Source: Hemiscyllium ocellatum (taxonomy: Eukaryota). Taken from it: DNA of 64,000 nt. The stretch covers positions 24,419,857 to 24,483,856 of the forward strand of contig NC_083407.1 of the NCBI RefSeq assembly GCF_020745735.1, written 5' to 3'. A model generated the notes under the pieces. That model saw only the letters and a list, made by a program, of their open reading frames with translations. It was not told the DNA's origin and did not search any database. Positions within the stretch are counted from its first letter, which is position 1. The number at the start of each line of letters is the position of its first letter. A program made the translations under genes and the position numbers. Shown piece after piece: positions 48,834 through 59,935 of this stretch.

Positions 48834-49275
48834 GTGAGTCTTTAACTTTGTCCTCTTTAACTTTGTATTTTTGTTTAGAAATATAGTGCAAATATAGTAC
48901 CACTACAATCTTAAATTTGTTGCTGTTGTTGACTGTTAAACATATAAACGCATAATGCTTTCAATGATAATCTAAATTCAAAATTGAACAAGACAATGTA
49001 TGCAACTTTAAGATGTGCCCACACACAGGATGTCTCACTTAATGAGATACTATTTTTGACTTTCTGACTAATAGATCGGGACTGTAAGTGACATTTTACA
49101 GATTCTTAATGCTAGAAGGTGATTTTGTCCTGTAGCTTGTCATAATTAGACATGCTATTTTTGAATTTTTACTGTAAAATCCATGCCATATCTCTTCTCT
49201 TCTTCCTCCCCTGCTGGGCTGGTAAATACTTAGGTGCCTGGTGACCTTTTGGTACCACATCCAAAAGACGATGGG

Positions 49276-49635
49276 GTGGGTGATAGCCTGGTGGTGTTAT
49301 TGCTAGACTATTAATCCAGAAACCCAGGTAACATTCTGGGGCCCTTGTTTCAAACCCTGCCATGCAGACAGTGGAATTTCAATTCAATAAAAAGTCTGGA
49401 AATCAGAGTTTAATGATGACCATAAAGCCATTGCCAATTGTCAGGAAAAAACCTATCTATTTCACTAATGTACTTTGGGATGGAAATCTGCCTTTCCTAC
49501 CAGGCCTAGCCTACATGTGACTCTGGCCCCACAACAATGTGTTTGACTCTTAACTGTCCTCTGGGCAATTAAGGATGGGTGATAAATGCTGACCTAGCCT
49601 GTGACACCCACATCCTGAGAATGAATGTTAAAAAA
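49276..49635 (+). mobile_element. tRNA-derived SINE, second family
   Basis: Homologous to 3848-4195 and 47860-48140. Confidence 0.7.
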
Positions 49636-49927
49636 AGACAGATAGTCAGGTGTGAGCATGGACATGCTTTTTGTCTGTCTGGGTCTCACATTTGCATACA
49701 ACCACCCAAGGCTAGGAAATAAGTGTTTCATCAAATTTCACAGCCTCTCAAGAAAGCTTCATAGTTTCAGGGACCAGTCGGATTACCTTGATTTTTTTCT
49801 CTCTGGTCCTTTGCAATAGTGTATTCTTTGTGTTTAGTATTTAAAGTACTGAAATTAACTGTTTGAAAGTTCGTTTTGTCATTTTCAGATCTGATGCCTG
49901 AAATGAAAATGATTATTTTCTAACTAG

Positions 49928-50032
49928 GTTAAATACAAAGAAGACTTGGGATGGCTGAGAGGAATTGGTTGCTATGCATGGGACACACCTGACTTGACAT
50001 TGGCTGGAAAGAACAAGGAGCTCTACAGCCAG
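49928..50032 (+). CDS. NEB: NEB exon 37 (105 nt, super-repeat start)
   Basis: aactag|VKYKEDLGWLRGIGCYAWDTPDLTLAGKNKELYSQ|gtaggg. Confidence 0.95.
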
Positions 50033-50637
50033 GTAGGGATGAGCAGCTTCACTGTATGACCTGACATGCTTATGTGAGTGAGTTGGACACCTAACAGAAC
50101 CAGACATCTCTTCATCTTTATTTAGGGCCACACATCTCAACATTTGCTGCTGTATGAAGTATATTTGTCAGTCTTCACACTCTTATTGACCATTAGGGAT
50201 CCTTTTTATTTTGGTAAAAATCCTTTATTTCAACTTCACTTTCATTTTCTCTTCTCTCCGAAGGTATTCATGTTAATTTATCTCATTCCGCATATACCTG
50301 CCTCACTCCTGTTCCAGTGTCATATGGCCTTGTGTAGAAAGCAAGCTACTCAACTGTGGGATTACAGAGATGAGCCTGATTCTGCCTTTACCTAATAGTT
50401 TCTCATCTCACACACGTATCTAATTTAAGGGAATACAATTTGAACATAAGATGTAGACAGGAATAGAATGCTGAAAGGGTGAGATGAAGAGTGGTGCAAG
50501 CAAGGTCCTCTGGAACGTCAGTGACTTGGGTTGAATGGCCTATCTCTGTGCTCTGTTTGCTATTTAATTTCATCAGGATTCACTCATTTGGATCAAAGGA
50601 TTAAGGCTTGAAGGGCAGAATCTCAGAATAAGGAGTT

Positions 50638-53600
50638 ATAGAACATAGAAGAATGCAGCACATTACAGGCCTTTCAGCCCTTGATGTTGTGCCAATCCTT
50701 TATCTAATCCTAAGATCAAACTAACCTTTCTACCCTGTGTTTTATTATCGTGTATATGGCTATCCAAGAGTCACTGAAATGTCCCTAATGTATCTGACTC
50801 TACTACCACTGCTGGCAGTGCATTCCATGCACCCAAAAACCTCTGTGTAAAGAACCTACTTCTGACATCTCCCCTAAACCTTCCTCCAGTCACCTTAAAA
50901 TTATGCCCCAGCATGACAGCTATTCCTGCCCTGGAAAACAAGTCTCTGGGTATCCACTCTATCTATGCTTCCTATCATCTTGTACACCTCTATCAAGTCA
51001 CCTCTTATCTATCTTTGTTCCAATGAGAAAAGCCCTAGCTCCCTCAGCTTTCTTCCTATGACACGCCCTCCAGTCCAGGCGGCATCCTAGTAAATCTCCT
51101 TGCACCCTCTCTAAAGCTTCCATATCATAGAACATAGAACATAGAACAGTACAGCACAGAACAGGCCCTTCAGCCCACAATGTTGTGCCGACCATTGATC
51201 CTCATGTAAGGTAAACCTAATGTACGAACCCTCAAATTTCTGTGACCATATCCATGTCCAGCAGTCTCTTAAATATCGCCAATGTCCTCGCTTCCAGAAC
51301 TGCTGCTGGCAATGCATTCCATGCTCTCACAACTCTGCATAAAGAATCCGCCTCTGACATCCCCTCTATACTTTCCACCAAACAGCTTAAAACTATGACC
51401 CCTCGTGTTAACAATTTCTGTCCTGGGAAATAGTCTCTGGCTATCAACTCTATCTATGCCTCTCATTATCTTATACACCTCAATTAGGTCCCCTCTCTCT
51501 CTTCTTTTTTCCAATGATAAAAATCTGAGCTCAGTCAACCTCTCTTCATAAGATAAGCCCTCATTTCCAGGCAGCATCCTGGAACTGACATCCAGGCACC
51601 TCCTCTGAACCCTCTCCAAAGCATCCACATCTTTCCTATAATAGGGTGACTAGAACTGGACACAGTATTCCAAGTGCGGTCTAACCAAAGTTTTATAGAG
51701 CTGCAACAAGAATTCATGGCTCTTAAAGTCAATCTCCCGTTAATGAAAGCCAAAACACCATATACTTTCTTAACAACTCTGTCCACCTGGGTGACAGATT
51801 TAGGGGATCTATGTACCTGCACACCAAGATCCCACTGTTCCTCCACACTACCAAGAATCCTGTCTTTAATCCTGTACTCAACCTTCAAGTTCAACCTTCC
51901 AAAATGCATCACTTCGTATTTTTCCAGGTTGAACTCCATCTGCCACCTCTCAGCCCATCTCTGCATCCTGTCAATATCCCGCTGCAGCCTACAATAGCCC
52001 TCTATACTGTCAACGACACCTCCAACCTTTGTGTCATCTGCAAACTTGCTAACCCATCCCTCAATCTCTTCATCCAAGTCATTAATAAAAATTACAAACA
52101 GTAGAGGCCCAAGAACAGAGCCCTGTGGAACATCACTCACCTCTGACTTCCAGGCAGAATACTTTCCTTCCACTACCACTTGCTGTCTTCTGTCGACCAG
52201 TCAATTCTGTATCCAGACAGCTAAATTTCCCTGTATCCCATTTCTCCTGACGTTCTGAAGGAGCCTACCATGGGGAACCTTATCAAATGCCTTGCTGAAG
52301 TCCATATACACCACATCCACAGCTCGACCCTCATCAACTTATCTAGTAACATCCTCAACGAACTCAATAAGATTCGTGAGGCATGACCTGCCCCTCACAA
52401 AGCCGTGCTGACTGCATTTAATCAAGCCATGCTCTTCCAGATGGTCATAAATCCTATCCCTCAGAAGACTTTCTAACACCTTGCAGATGACAGATGTGAG
52501 ACTGACTGATCTGTAATTGCTGGGGATTTCCCTATTTCCTTTCTTGAAGAGACGAATCCTTCTGATAATGAGGTGACCAGAACTGAACACAATATTCCAA
52601 GTGTGGTCTAACCTGGGCTCTATAGAGCTGCAGCATAACCTCAAGGCTCTTAAACTCAATCCCCCCCTGCTAAGAAAAAACAACACAACAGATGCCTTCT
52701 TAATAACCTGATCAACTTGGGTGCAATTCTGAGGGATCTATGAACATGGTCCCTAAGTTCCCTCTGTTCCTCCACACTGCCAAGAATCCCACCTTTTAAC
52801 CCTGTACTCTGCATTCAAATTTGACCTTCCAAAATGAATCACTTCACACTTTTCCAGATTGAGATCTATCTGCCACTTCTCAGCCCATGTTTGCATCCTG
52901 TTAATTTCCCGTTGCAACCTACAACAGCCCTCCACACTATCCAAAACTCCACTAACCTTCATATCATCGGCAAACTTACTAACTCACCTTTCCACTTCCT
53001 CATCCTGGTCACTTATAAAAATCACAAAGAGCAGACGTCCCAGAACAGATCCCTGCGGAGCACCACTGATCACCGAGCTTCAGGCTGAATACTTTCCAAC
53101 TACCACCACCCTCTGTCTTCTATGGGCCAGCCAATTCTGTATCCAGACAGTCCAGTTTCTCTGTGTCCAATGTCTCCTTACTTCTGAATGAGCCTATCTT
53201 GGGATCCTTATAAAAAGCCTTGCTAAAATTCATGTACACCACACCCACTACTCTACCTTCATCAATGTGTTTTGTCACATCCTCAAAGAATTCAAAAAGA
53301 TTTGTGAGGCCCTCGTAAGACCTGCCCCCCCCCCCCCCCCAAAGGACAAAGTGAGGACTGCAGATGCTGGAGATCAGAGTTGAAGAGTGTGGTGTTGGAA
53401 AAGTACAGTAGGTCAGCCAACATCCAAGGGGCAGGAGGATCGACATTTCCTGATGAAGAGCTTGTACTTGAAATGTCGACTCTCCTGCTCCTCGGATGCT
53501 GCCTGACCGGCTGTGCTTTTCCAGCATTACACTCTTTGACTCTGTCTCTCATAAAGCCATGGACTACCTCTATTCAAGCTATGCTTTTCCAAATTATCTT

Positions 53601-53665
53601 TAAGTCCTCTTTCTCAGAATCCTCTCCAATAATTTGTCCATCACTGACGAAGACTGACTGGTCTT
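50638..53665 (-). mobile_element. Stack of about three nested or tandem CR1-clade LINE fragments
   Basis: Minus-strand ORFs with [39 protein letters not shown]; (ttctatg)n tails at ~50640 and ~51127-51147. Confidence 0.92.
53346..53545. mobile_element. Palindromic PLE-terminus element inserted into a CR1 copy
   Basis: Inverted arms around cctgatgaagagcttgtacttgaaatgtc; CR1 sequence resumes after 53545. Confidence 0.82.
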
Positions 53666-55207
53666 TTAAGTTAGATATAAGGAGGAACTTTTTTCTTTCA
53701 GAGTGTGATGAATCTGAAGAATTCTTTATTGCAAAGGGGTGTTGAGGCTGGGGTGTTAACTATACTCAAGCCTGTTAAGCATATTCATATACACATTTTT
53801 AATCATTAAAGGAATTGAGGCTCATGGGAAAATGGCAGGAAAGTGGAGTTGCAGATTATTAGATCAACCATGATCTTGTTGAAAAGCAGAGCAGATCTGA
53901 ATCACCAAATTCTGTTCTTGTCACTTCTGAGTCTTATGGTCGAAGCAAATACTGCTCTGCAAATACTACTATCCCAGCTGCATGTGGTTTTATAACTTGC
54001 AAGCCTCTTCTGATCACCTGACAGCATCCTCCAACGCACAGCCAGTGAGCTTCCTACTTTGTCATCTCTGCAGTTCTTCTTCTGAGCTTTGACTCTTACA
54101 CTTATCTGCCTATTGGTTTCCAGAACGTCTCAAATTTCTAAATAGCATGGAAACATCCAACTGCTCTTGACTTCTGACTGAATGCCCTTCACAGAATCTG
54201 TGTAATTCAGCTGCCTCTCTAGCAATACTAACTGCAGCACATCTAGACAGTCTACATCCCTTTGTCTACTGTCACATACTCATTTGCCGACCCTCATATC
54301 CTTCTTCAACTAAATGTGACCCAGAACTTTTCTTCAGTGACCAAAACTATTTGAGTTACCAATTGAAAACCTGGCAATAAGCCCCACTCCTACTGGTGGG
54401 TAGAAATGTCACATTTCTTTGGTTGCTTGTTTCTGGGATCTCAAAATACTTATGTAAAGAAGAATTCTTCACACCACAGATAGTGTATTCTTCCCAAAGG
54501 ATCTTTATTTTTTCAATGAACTGTCTCCTTTCTGAGAGTTATGAGATCACTACTTAAGTGTCTGCTACTGCTTCTCTACCATTTAATCTATTAACCTGAT
54601 CCACACTAGCCATCTTAATCTTCATACCCCTGTAATTGTCTTTAATTGTGTTTACGATAATAGGTTAAGGCTCACATTTCTCACCCTCAGTCTGAATATG
54701 AAATTCTATCATGTTACCCAGAGGGAACCTTTAGTATGAGGAAAATAATTAACCCTGCCTCATTATACATTACCAAGTTTAAAATAGTCTATTCTATGTT
54801 TGGTTTCAGAATGTATTATTCGATGTAACTGTCCCAAACACTCTCTAAACTCATCTATCAGGCTAATTTTTTGATTCATCCAATCCATACGATTGCTAAA
54901 TCTCCCATAGTTAATTCAGTACCTTTATTACAAGTGCCAATTATTTCTTGATCTATTCTCCATTCTACAGAATAGGAAGGGTTTGGAGAGATATGGGCCG
55001 GGTGCTGGCAGGGTTGGGATATTTAGTCGGCATGGACGAGTTGGACCAACAGGTTTGTTTCCATGCTGTACAACTCTATGACTATAATGCAGAAATTGAC
55101 AATGAGGTATCAGGAAAAGTAGAGTAACACTCTAAACATGTACTATGTTACAACCACCACCATTTCACTGGTCAGGTCCTATCGTCTGTTTGGTTTGCCA
55201 TCTGATA

Positions 55208-55853
55208 CATAGAGTCATAAAGTCATAAAGATGTACAGCATGGAAACAGACCCTTCGGTCCAACCTGTCCATGCTGACCAGATATCCCAATCCAATCTAG
55301 TCCCACCTGCCAGCATCTGGCCCACATCCCTCCAAACCCTTTCTATTCACATACCCATCCAGATGCCTTTTAAATGTTGCAATTGTACCAGCCTCCACTA
55401 CTTCCTCTGGCAGCTAATTCCATACATGTACCAACCTCTGTGTGAAAAAGTTGCTCCTTAGGTCTCTTTTTTTTTATATCTTCCCCCCCCCCACCCTAAA
55501 CTTATGCCCTCTAGTTCTCGACTCCACCACCCCAGGGTAAAGACTTTGTCTATTTATCCTATCCATGCCCCTCGTGATTTTACAAACCTCTATAAGGTCA
55601 CCCCTCAGCCTCTGACGCTCCAGAGAAAACAGCCCTAGCCTATCCACCCTCTCCCTATAGCTCAAATCCTCCAACCCTGACAATATCCTTGTAAATCTTT
55701 TCTGAACCCTTTCAAGGTTCACAACATCTTTCCGATAGGAAGGAGACCAGAATTGCACGCAATATTTCCAATCGTGGCCTAACCAATGTCCTGTACAGCC
55801 GCAACATGACCTCCCAACTCCTGTACTCAATACTCTGACCAATAAAGGAAAGC
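55208..55853 (-). mobile_element. 5'-truncated CR1-clade LINE, same subfamily as 36237-37210
   Basis: KYCVQFWSPSYRKDVV...RLRGDLIEV; both copies share the ttggaaatattg frameshift. Confidence 0.93.
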
Positions 55854-56060
55854 AAAATATGATTAAATGTTGTGAACAGTGGCCTAAGCTGCATGTTCTG
55901 AAACTATAAATTTAACAAAACCTTAGAAGGAGCACACTATGTTCAATAATTCCAAACATAAACTACTTAGTGAAAATAAAGTGGATGTTTCATTCTGTTG
56001 TTCAGCTTTTAGAGAAGGTTTGCTGTCCATCTTACTTATCTGTCAAATTTTCTTTTGCAG

Positions 56061-56165
56061 TACAAGTACCGAGAATCAGTTGCAAAACTAAGAAACAACT
56101 TCAAGTATACGGCCGATACTCCACACATCCGGCACGCTAGGGCGGCAACAGCAATGTTAGATGAG
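56061..56165 (+). CDS. NEB: NEB exon 38 (105 nt)
   Basis: ttgcag|YKYRESVAKLRNNFKYTADTPHIRHARAATAMLDE|gtttgt. Confidence 0.94.
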
Positions 56166-57872
56166 GTTTGTGCAATTGGGATAGAGTTAATAAGACAATA
56201 TTACAAATATCCAACCTATGTTGGAGCCTTCAAGCCCTTGCGACCCAACCTTGAAAGCCCAGGCAATTCAGTCCTGTTCACATTGCATCTCGTACTTGTT
56301 AATGGCTCCCATTTTGTATTTAGTGACTCTGAAGAGTTTGAAAGTACTGCTTTTAGCACTGTTGCCTGAATAGTGGACGAATCCTTAGTCAGAGCACTAA
56401 GATGTGCTTGTATCAGTAACTGAATATAGGGACATGGGTTTCAACTTTATACACTGCTCTCAAGGCTCTCTGGTGCAAACCTTCCAACGTAAAACCTGGA
56501 CATTCTTGATCTATATTTTTGTCTCAAAATATATAAAAATACTAAATCTGTTAATAACATCATCTCTTTTTGAATTTGCTTTCAAGGAAAAAAAATAGAA
56601 AATATAAATATTAGACTGAGTAAATTCTGTGAATGGGTATTAACATTCCTTTAATGTACCATTAGGTTTTCTTATTCGATCTGGTACTTTGTGGCAACTT
56701 GGGATTTTCTTTGATAATGTAGAGCTTGAACTCTTCACTGAACTGTATTGTGTTTAAAAAAAAAAGTCTTTTTAGGATAAAATGACTCAAAATCCAAAGG
56801 ATAAGAGATGACTTTTAGCTTTTACAGAGGCATGTATTACATTATTCCCTTACCACTCATTTTTCTTTGCGATTTTCTTAACTGCTACCTAGAGGAGCCT
56901 AGAAATTATTATAAGGTAAAAACAAAGGTAAGATTTTCCCATTACCACAAGTATAAATAAATCTGCTTCCCTAAAACAGTTGTTCAACTTTTAATTAAAT
57001 CACTTCTTCCAGAATGTTGAAACTGTTCATTTCAAAAACTGAAATGAGTGATGGAATTAAAACCTCTTTGATCTATACTGTGCTTGAGCGAATAATTACG
57101 AACAAAGATAAAATGTATCATAAGGCTGTAGATATCCATGAAGATAATGAAAGTACATATTTTACAACTTATCTGACCAAACATTACCTAAACATTTTTT
57201 GACAGATGCAAAAAAGAATTTTAATATCTATCATTTGCTTTATCTGAGTTACTAGGCAGTTCATTAATTGTTACAATCCTCACTTCCAAGCTGCTTAAGG
57301 CTAAAAGCAACACAAGTAAAATTCAAAAACACTCTAGTCTCAGGCAAAGAGAAAACATGTTGATTATTTTTATGATTAGGATTTCCATCATTACAATTTG
57401 TCAGTTAAAGTAATATCATTTTGATTCTCAATCCTGAATATTGTCAGCATTATATATTTACTTCCATTCTATTTTGAGATACATCTTTGCAGTAACTCCA
57501 ATGAATGCAAGCAAAGTACTAACAAATGCTCACTTTTGTAGGGCCTGTTGCCAAGAATTTCAGGACATGGATGTAGCTCTTGTTAAGCAGCATATTTGTC
57601 ATTCACTCTCTTTACTTGCAAATGACTGGTTGTTGGAAATGGGAACAACATTTTGACTCTGACTTCAGGTGGTCAGAGTCAGATTTTCAGACAAGGCTTA
57701 GAAGATTGAGAAAATCTGACTGCACTGACTTGTCCTAGAGCCAGATATTGAAATATTTCATCCCCATGCAACAGTTAAATCAGTTAATTCCCTCACCTCA
57801 CACTTCCTTTACAAAAACATTAAATCATTGAATAGAATGCATTATTTTAACTACATCTCATATTCTGAGCAG

Positions 57873-57977
57873 AAGTCATACAAAGCTTTCTATGAGAAGC
57901 AGAAGAGCAAGTATACCTTGGTTTTGGATGATCCTAGAAACCTTCTAGCCAAAAGGTCGGGGCGACTAAGTAGCCAG
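57873..57977 (+). CDS. NEB: NEB exon 39 (105 nt), first of the mutually exclusive pair (human exon 143/144 orthologue)
   Basis: gagcag|KSYKAFYEKQKSKYTLVLDDPRNLLAKRSGRLSSQ|gtaatt; resembles the human alternative repeat KKYRADYEQRKDKYHLVVDEPRHLLAK... (recalled, not aligned). Confidence 0.92.
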
Positions 57978-58222
57978 GTAATTCTGTGGAGCTTGCACTA
58001 GAATGCTAGCCATCTACAACATAACCAGCAGTCATCTGCTGGTATGCTTTATGTGGATGTCATCTACCCAAATAAATGTTTTATTGGGTAGGCCTGCTGC
58101 AGCTTATAAGAACCTTTTCACTTGTAGAGTGACTGAGTTCGAGGATGATGAACACTGGTGTCCTTTACTGGCTTAGCTTACGTTCCATCATCCTTTGCAT
58201 GCATGTGCATTTTTATTGACAG

Positions 58223-58327
58223 CAATCATATAAGTCTGAAGCCAAATTCAAATTAAGGCGAGGATGCAATGAACTTCTACGGCCTGATATGCTGACTGCC
58301 ATATACAACTCAATCTTAGGGAGCCAG
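58223..58327 (+). CDS. NEB: NEB exon 40 (105 nt), second of the mutually exclusive pair (human exon 143/144 orthologue)
   Basis: tgacag|QSYKSEAKFKLRRGCNELLRPDMLTAIYNSILGSQ|gtaaaa; shares the distinctive GCNExLRPDMLTAxYNS motif with the human alternative exon (recalled). Confidence 0.92.
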
Positions 58328-58670
58328 GTAAAAGCGCTTGGTGTTGTGCACTATTGTATCTTCTTTATATTTTTTGGATTGTCTTAAACTAAAGCATTGA
58401 ACACTAAGCATTAATCATTTTAAAAGTTCATTTGGAAATAGATTAATCAATATTTTGGTGAATTTCAGTTGCAAACCAAGTTGAGATTAATTTCTAAAAT
58501 GTTCCCTACTAATTCAAGCACAAGTAATTTTGCTGTGTGCATGTGTGGCACTGTCTTCTTTAATAACACTTACTGCATGTTTTTTGATTGATATTCTATT
58601 GATATTGGGCCAGATTTTGATAAAATGTGGCATTTTGTTTCACCTTCTTAGATGCAAAATTTTAGTTTTG

Positions 58671-59050
58671 GGCTTTACAGAGACGTGGGTAGAACAGGGG
58701 CAAGAATGGCTGTTGCAGGTTCCAGGGTTTAAATGTTTTAGTAGGGTCAGACATGGGGGTAAAAGAGGGGGAGGTGTGGCATTACTTGTCAAGGATAGTA
58801 TTACAGCGGTGGAAAGGACGATGGAGGAAGACTTGCCATCTGAGGTAGTTTGGGCTGAGGTTAGAAATAGGAAAGGTGAGGTCACCCTGTTAGGTGTTTT
58901 CTACAGGCCTCCTAATAGTCCGAGAGAAGTAGAGGATAGTATTGCGAGGATGATTCAGGAGAAGAGTGAAAGTAGCAGGGTGGTTGTTATGGGGGACTTT
59001 AACTTCCCAGATATTGACTGGGAAAGCTATAGCTCGAGGTCGTTAGATGG
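58671..59050 (+). mobile_element. Internal CR1 ORF2 fragment, APE endonuclease domain only
   Basis: TETW...RGGGVALLVK...GVFYRPPNS...VVMGDFNFPDIDW in an uninterrupted frame. Confidence 0.92.
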
Positions 59051-59129
59051 AATACAGCTTTTCAGCAAGATCTGGCCCATTGGGTTGACATTGATTGCTC
59101 TACATTAATTATTTGCTCGCTGTATACAG

Positions 59130-59234
59130 TGGATTTATCGGAAGGACTACGAAAAGGTGAAAGACAAATACACTTCAATTTTTGAGACCCCTGACAATCT
59201 CCGAACTAAGAAAGTGACGAAGTTCATCAGTGAT
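59130..59234 (+). CDS. NEB: NEB exon 41 (105 nt)
   Basis: atacag|WIYRKDYEKVKDKYTSIFETPDNLRTKKVTKFISD|gtaagt. Confidence 0.95.
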
Positions 59235-59372
59235 GTAAGTTAAGTTTTTTTAATGCAATGCATATGTGTTTAAATTAAATCTGTTTAAATAGTAGTTACC
59301 GTGACTGAGCACAGAAACTAGCTATACCTGTTATGCATATACAGAGTTGTTCAGATTACTGATCTTTAGTTA

Positions 59373-59693
59373 GGGGCAGCACATTGGCTCAGTGGTTAGC
59401 ACTGCTGCGTCACAGCATCAGGGTCCCAGGTTTGATTCTAGTCTCAGGCGACTGTCTGTGTGGAGTTTGCACATTCTCCCCATGTCTGCGTGGGTTTCCT
59501 CCGGGTACTCCGGTTTCCTCCCACAGTCCAAAGATGTGCAGATTAGGTGAATTGACCATGCTAAATTGCCCATAGTGTAAGGTGCATTGGTCAGAAGGAA
59601 ATGGGTCTGGGTGGGTTACTCTTCGGAGGGTTGGTGGGCCGAATGGCCTGTTTCCACACTGTAGAGAATCTAAAGCTTTCCACACTGTAGAGA
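59373..59693 (+). mobile_element. tRNA-derived SINE (HE1/V-SINE-like)
   Basis: Same head and core as 33768-34070. Confidence 0.9.
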
Positions 59694-59829
59694 GATAAAT
59701 ACAGCTATTACAATCAGCTACAACTGGGTATATTCAGAACTTTGTGTTCCTTTCCTATTACCTGGATAAAAAGAGCAGAGTTACAGTGAAACCACTGGTA
59801 AAATTCCCCAATTTATTATAGTTCCAGAC

Positions 59830-59935
59830 AGGATGAAGGGCTTATGCCTGAAATGTCAACTCTTCTGCTCTTCAGATGCTGCCTGACCCGCTGTGCTTTT
59901 TCAATTCCAGCATCTGCAGTCCTCACTTTCTCCCA
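59830..59935 (+). mobile_element. Short PLE-terminus remnant
   Basis: gatgaagggcttatgcctgaaatgtc...ccagcatctgcagtcctcactttctcc. Confidence 0.75.

Noticed and set aside
49870-49927. Stronger-looking acceptor (ttttcag at 49888) 39 nt upstream of exon 37
   Set aside because: The extension begins ATC-TGA (stop); the downstream AG gives the canonical 105-nt repeat
58530-59108. 192-aa ORF as a host endonuclease gene
   Set aside because: The N-terminal part is intronic read-through and the rest is a CR1 APE fragment; no start context or exon structure
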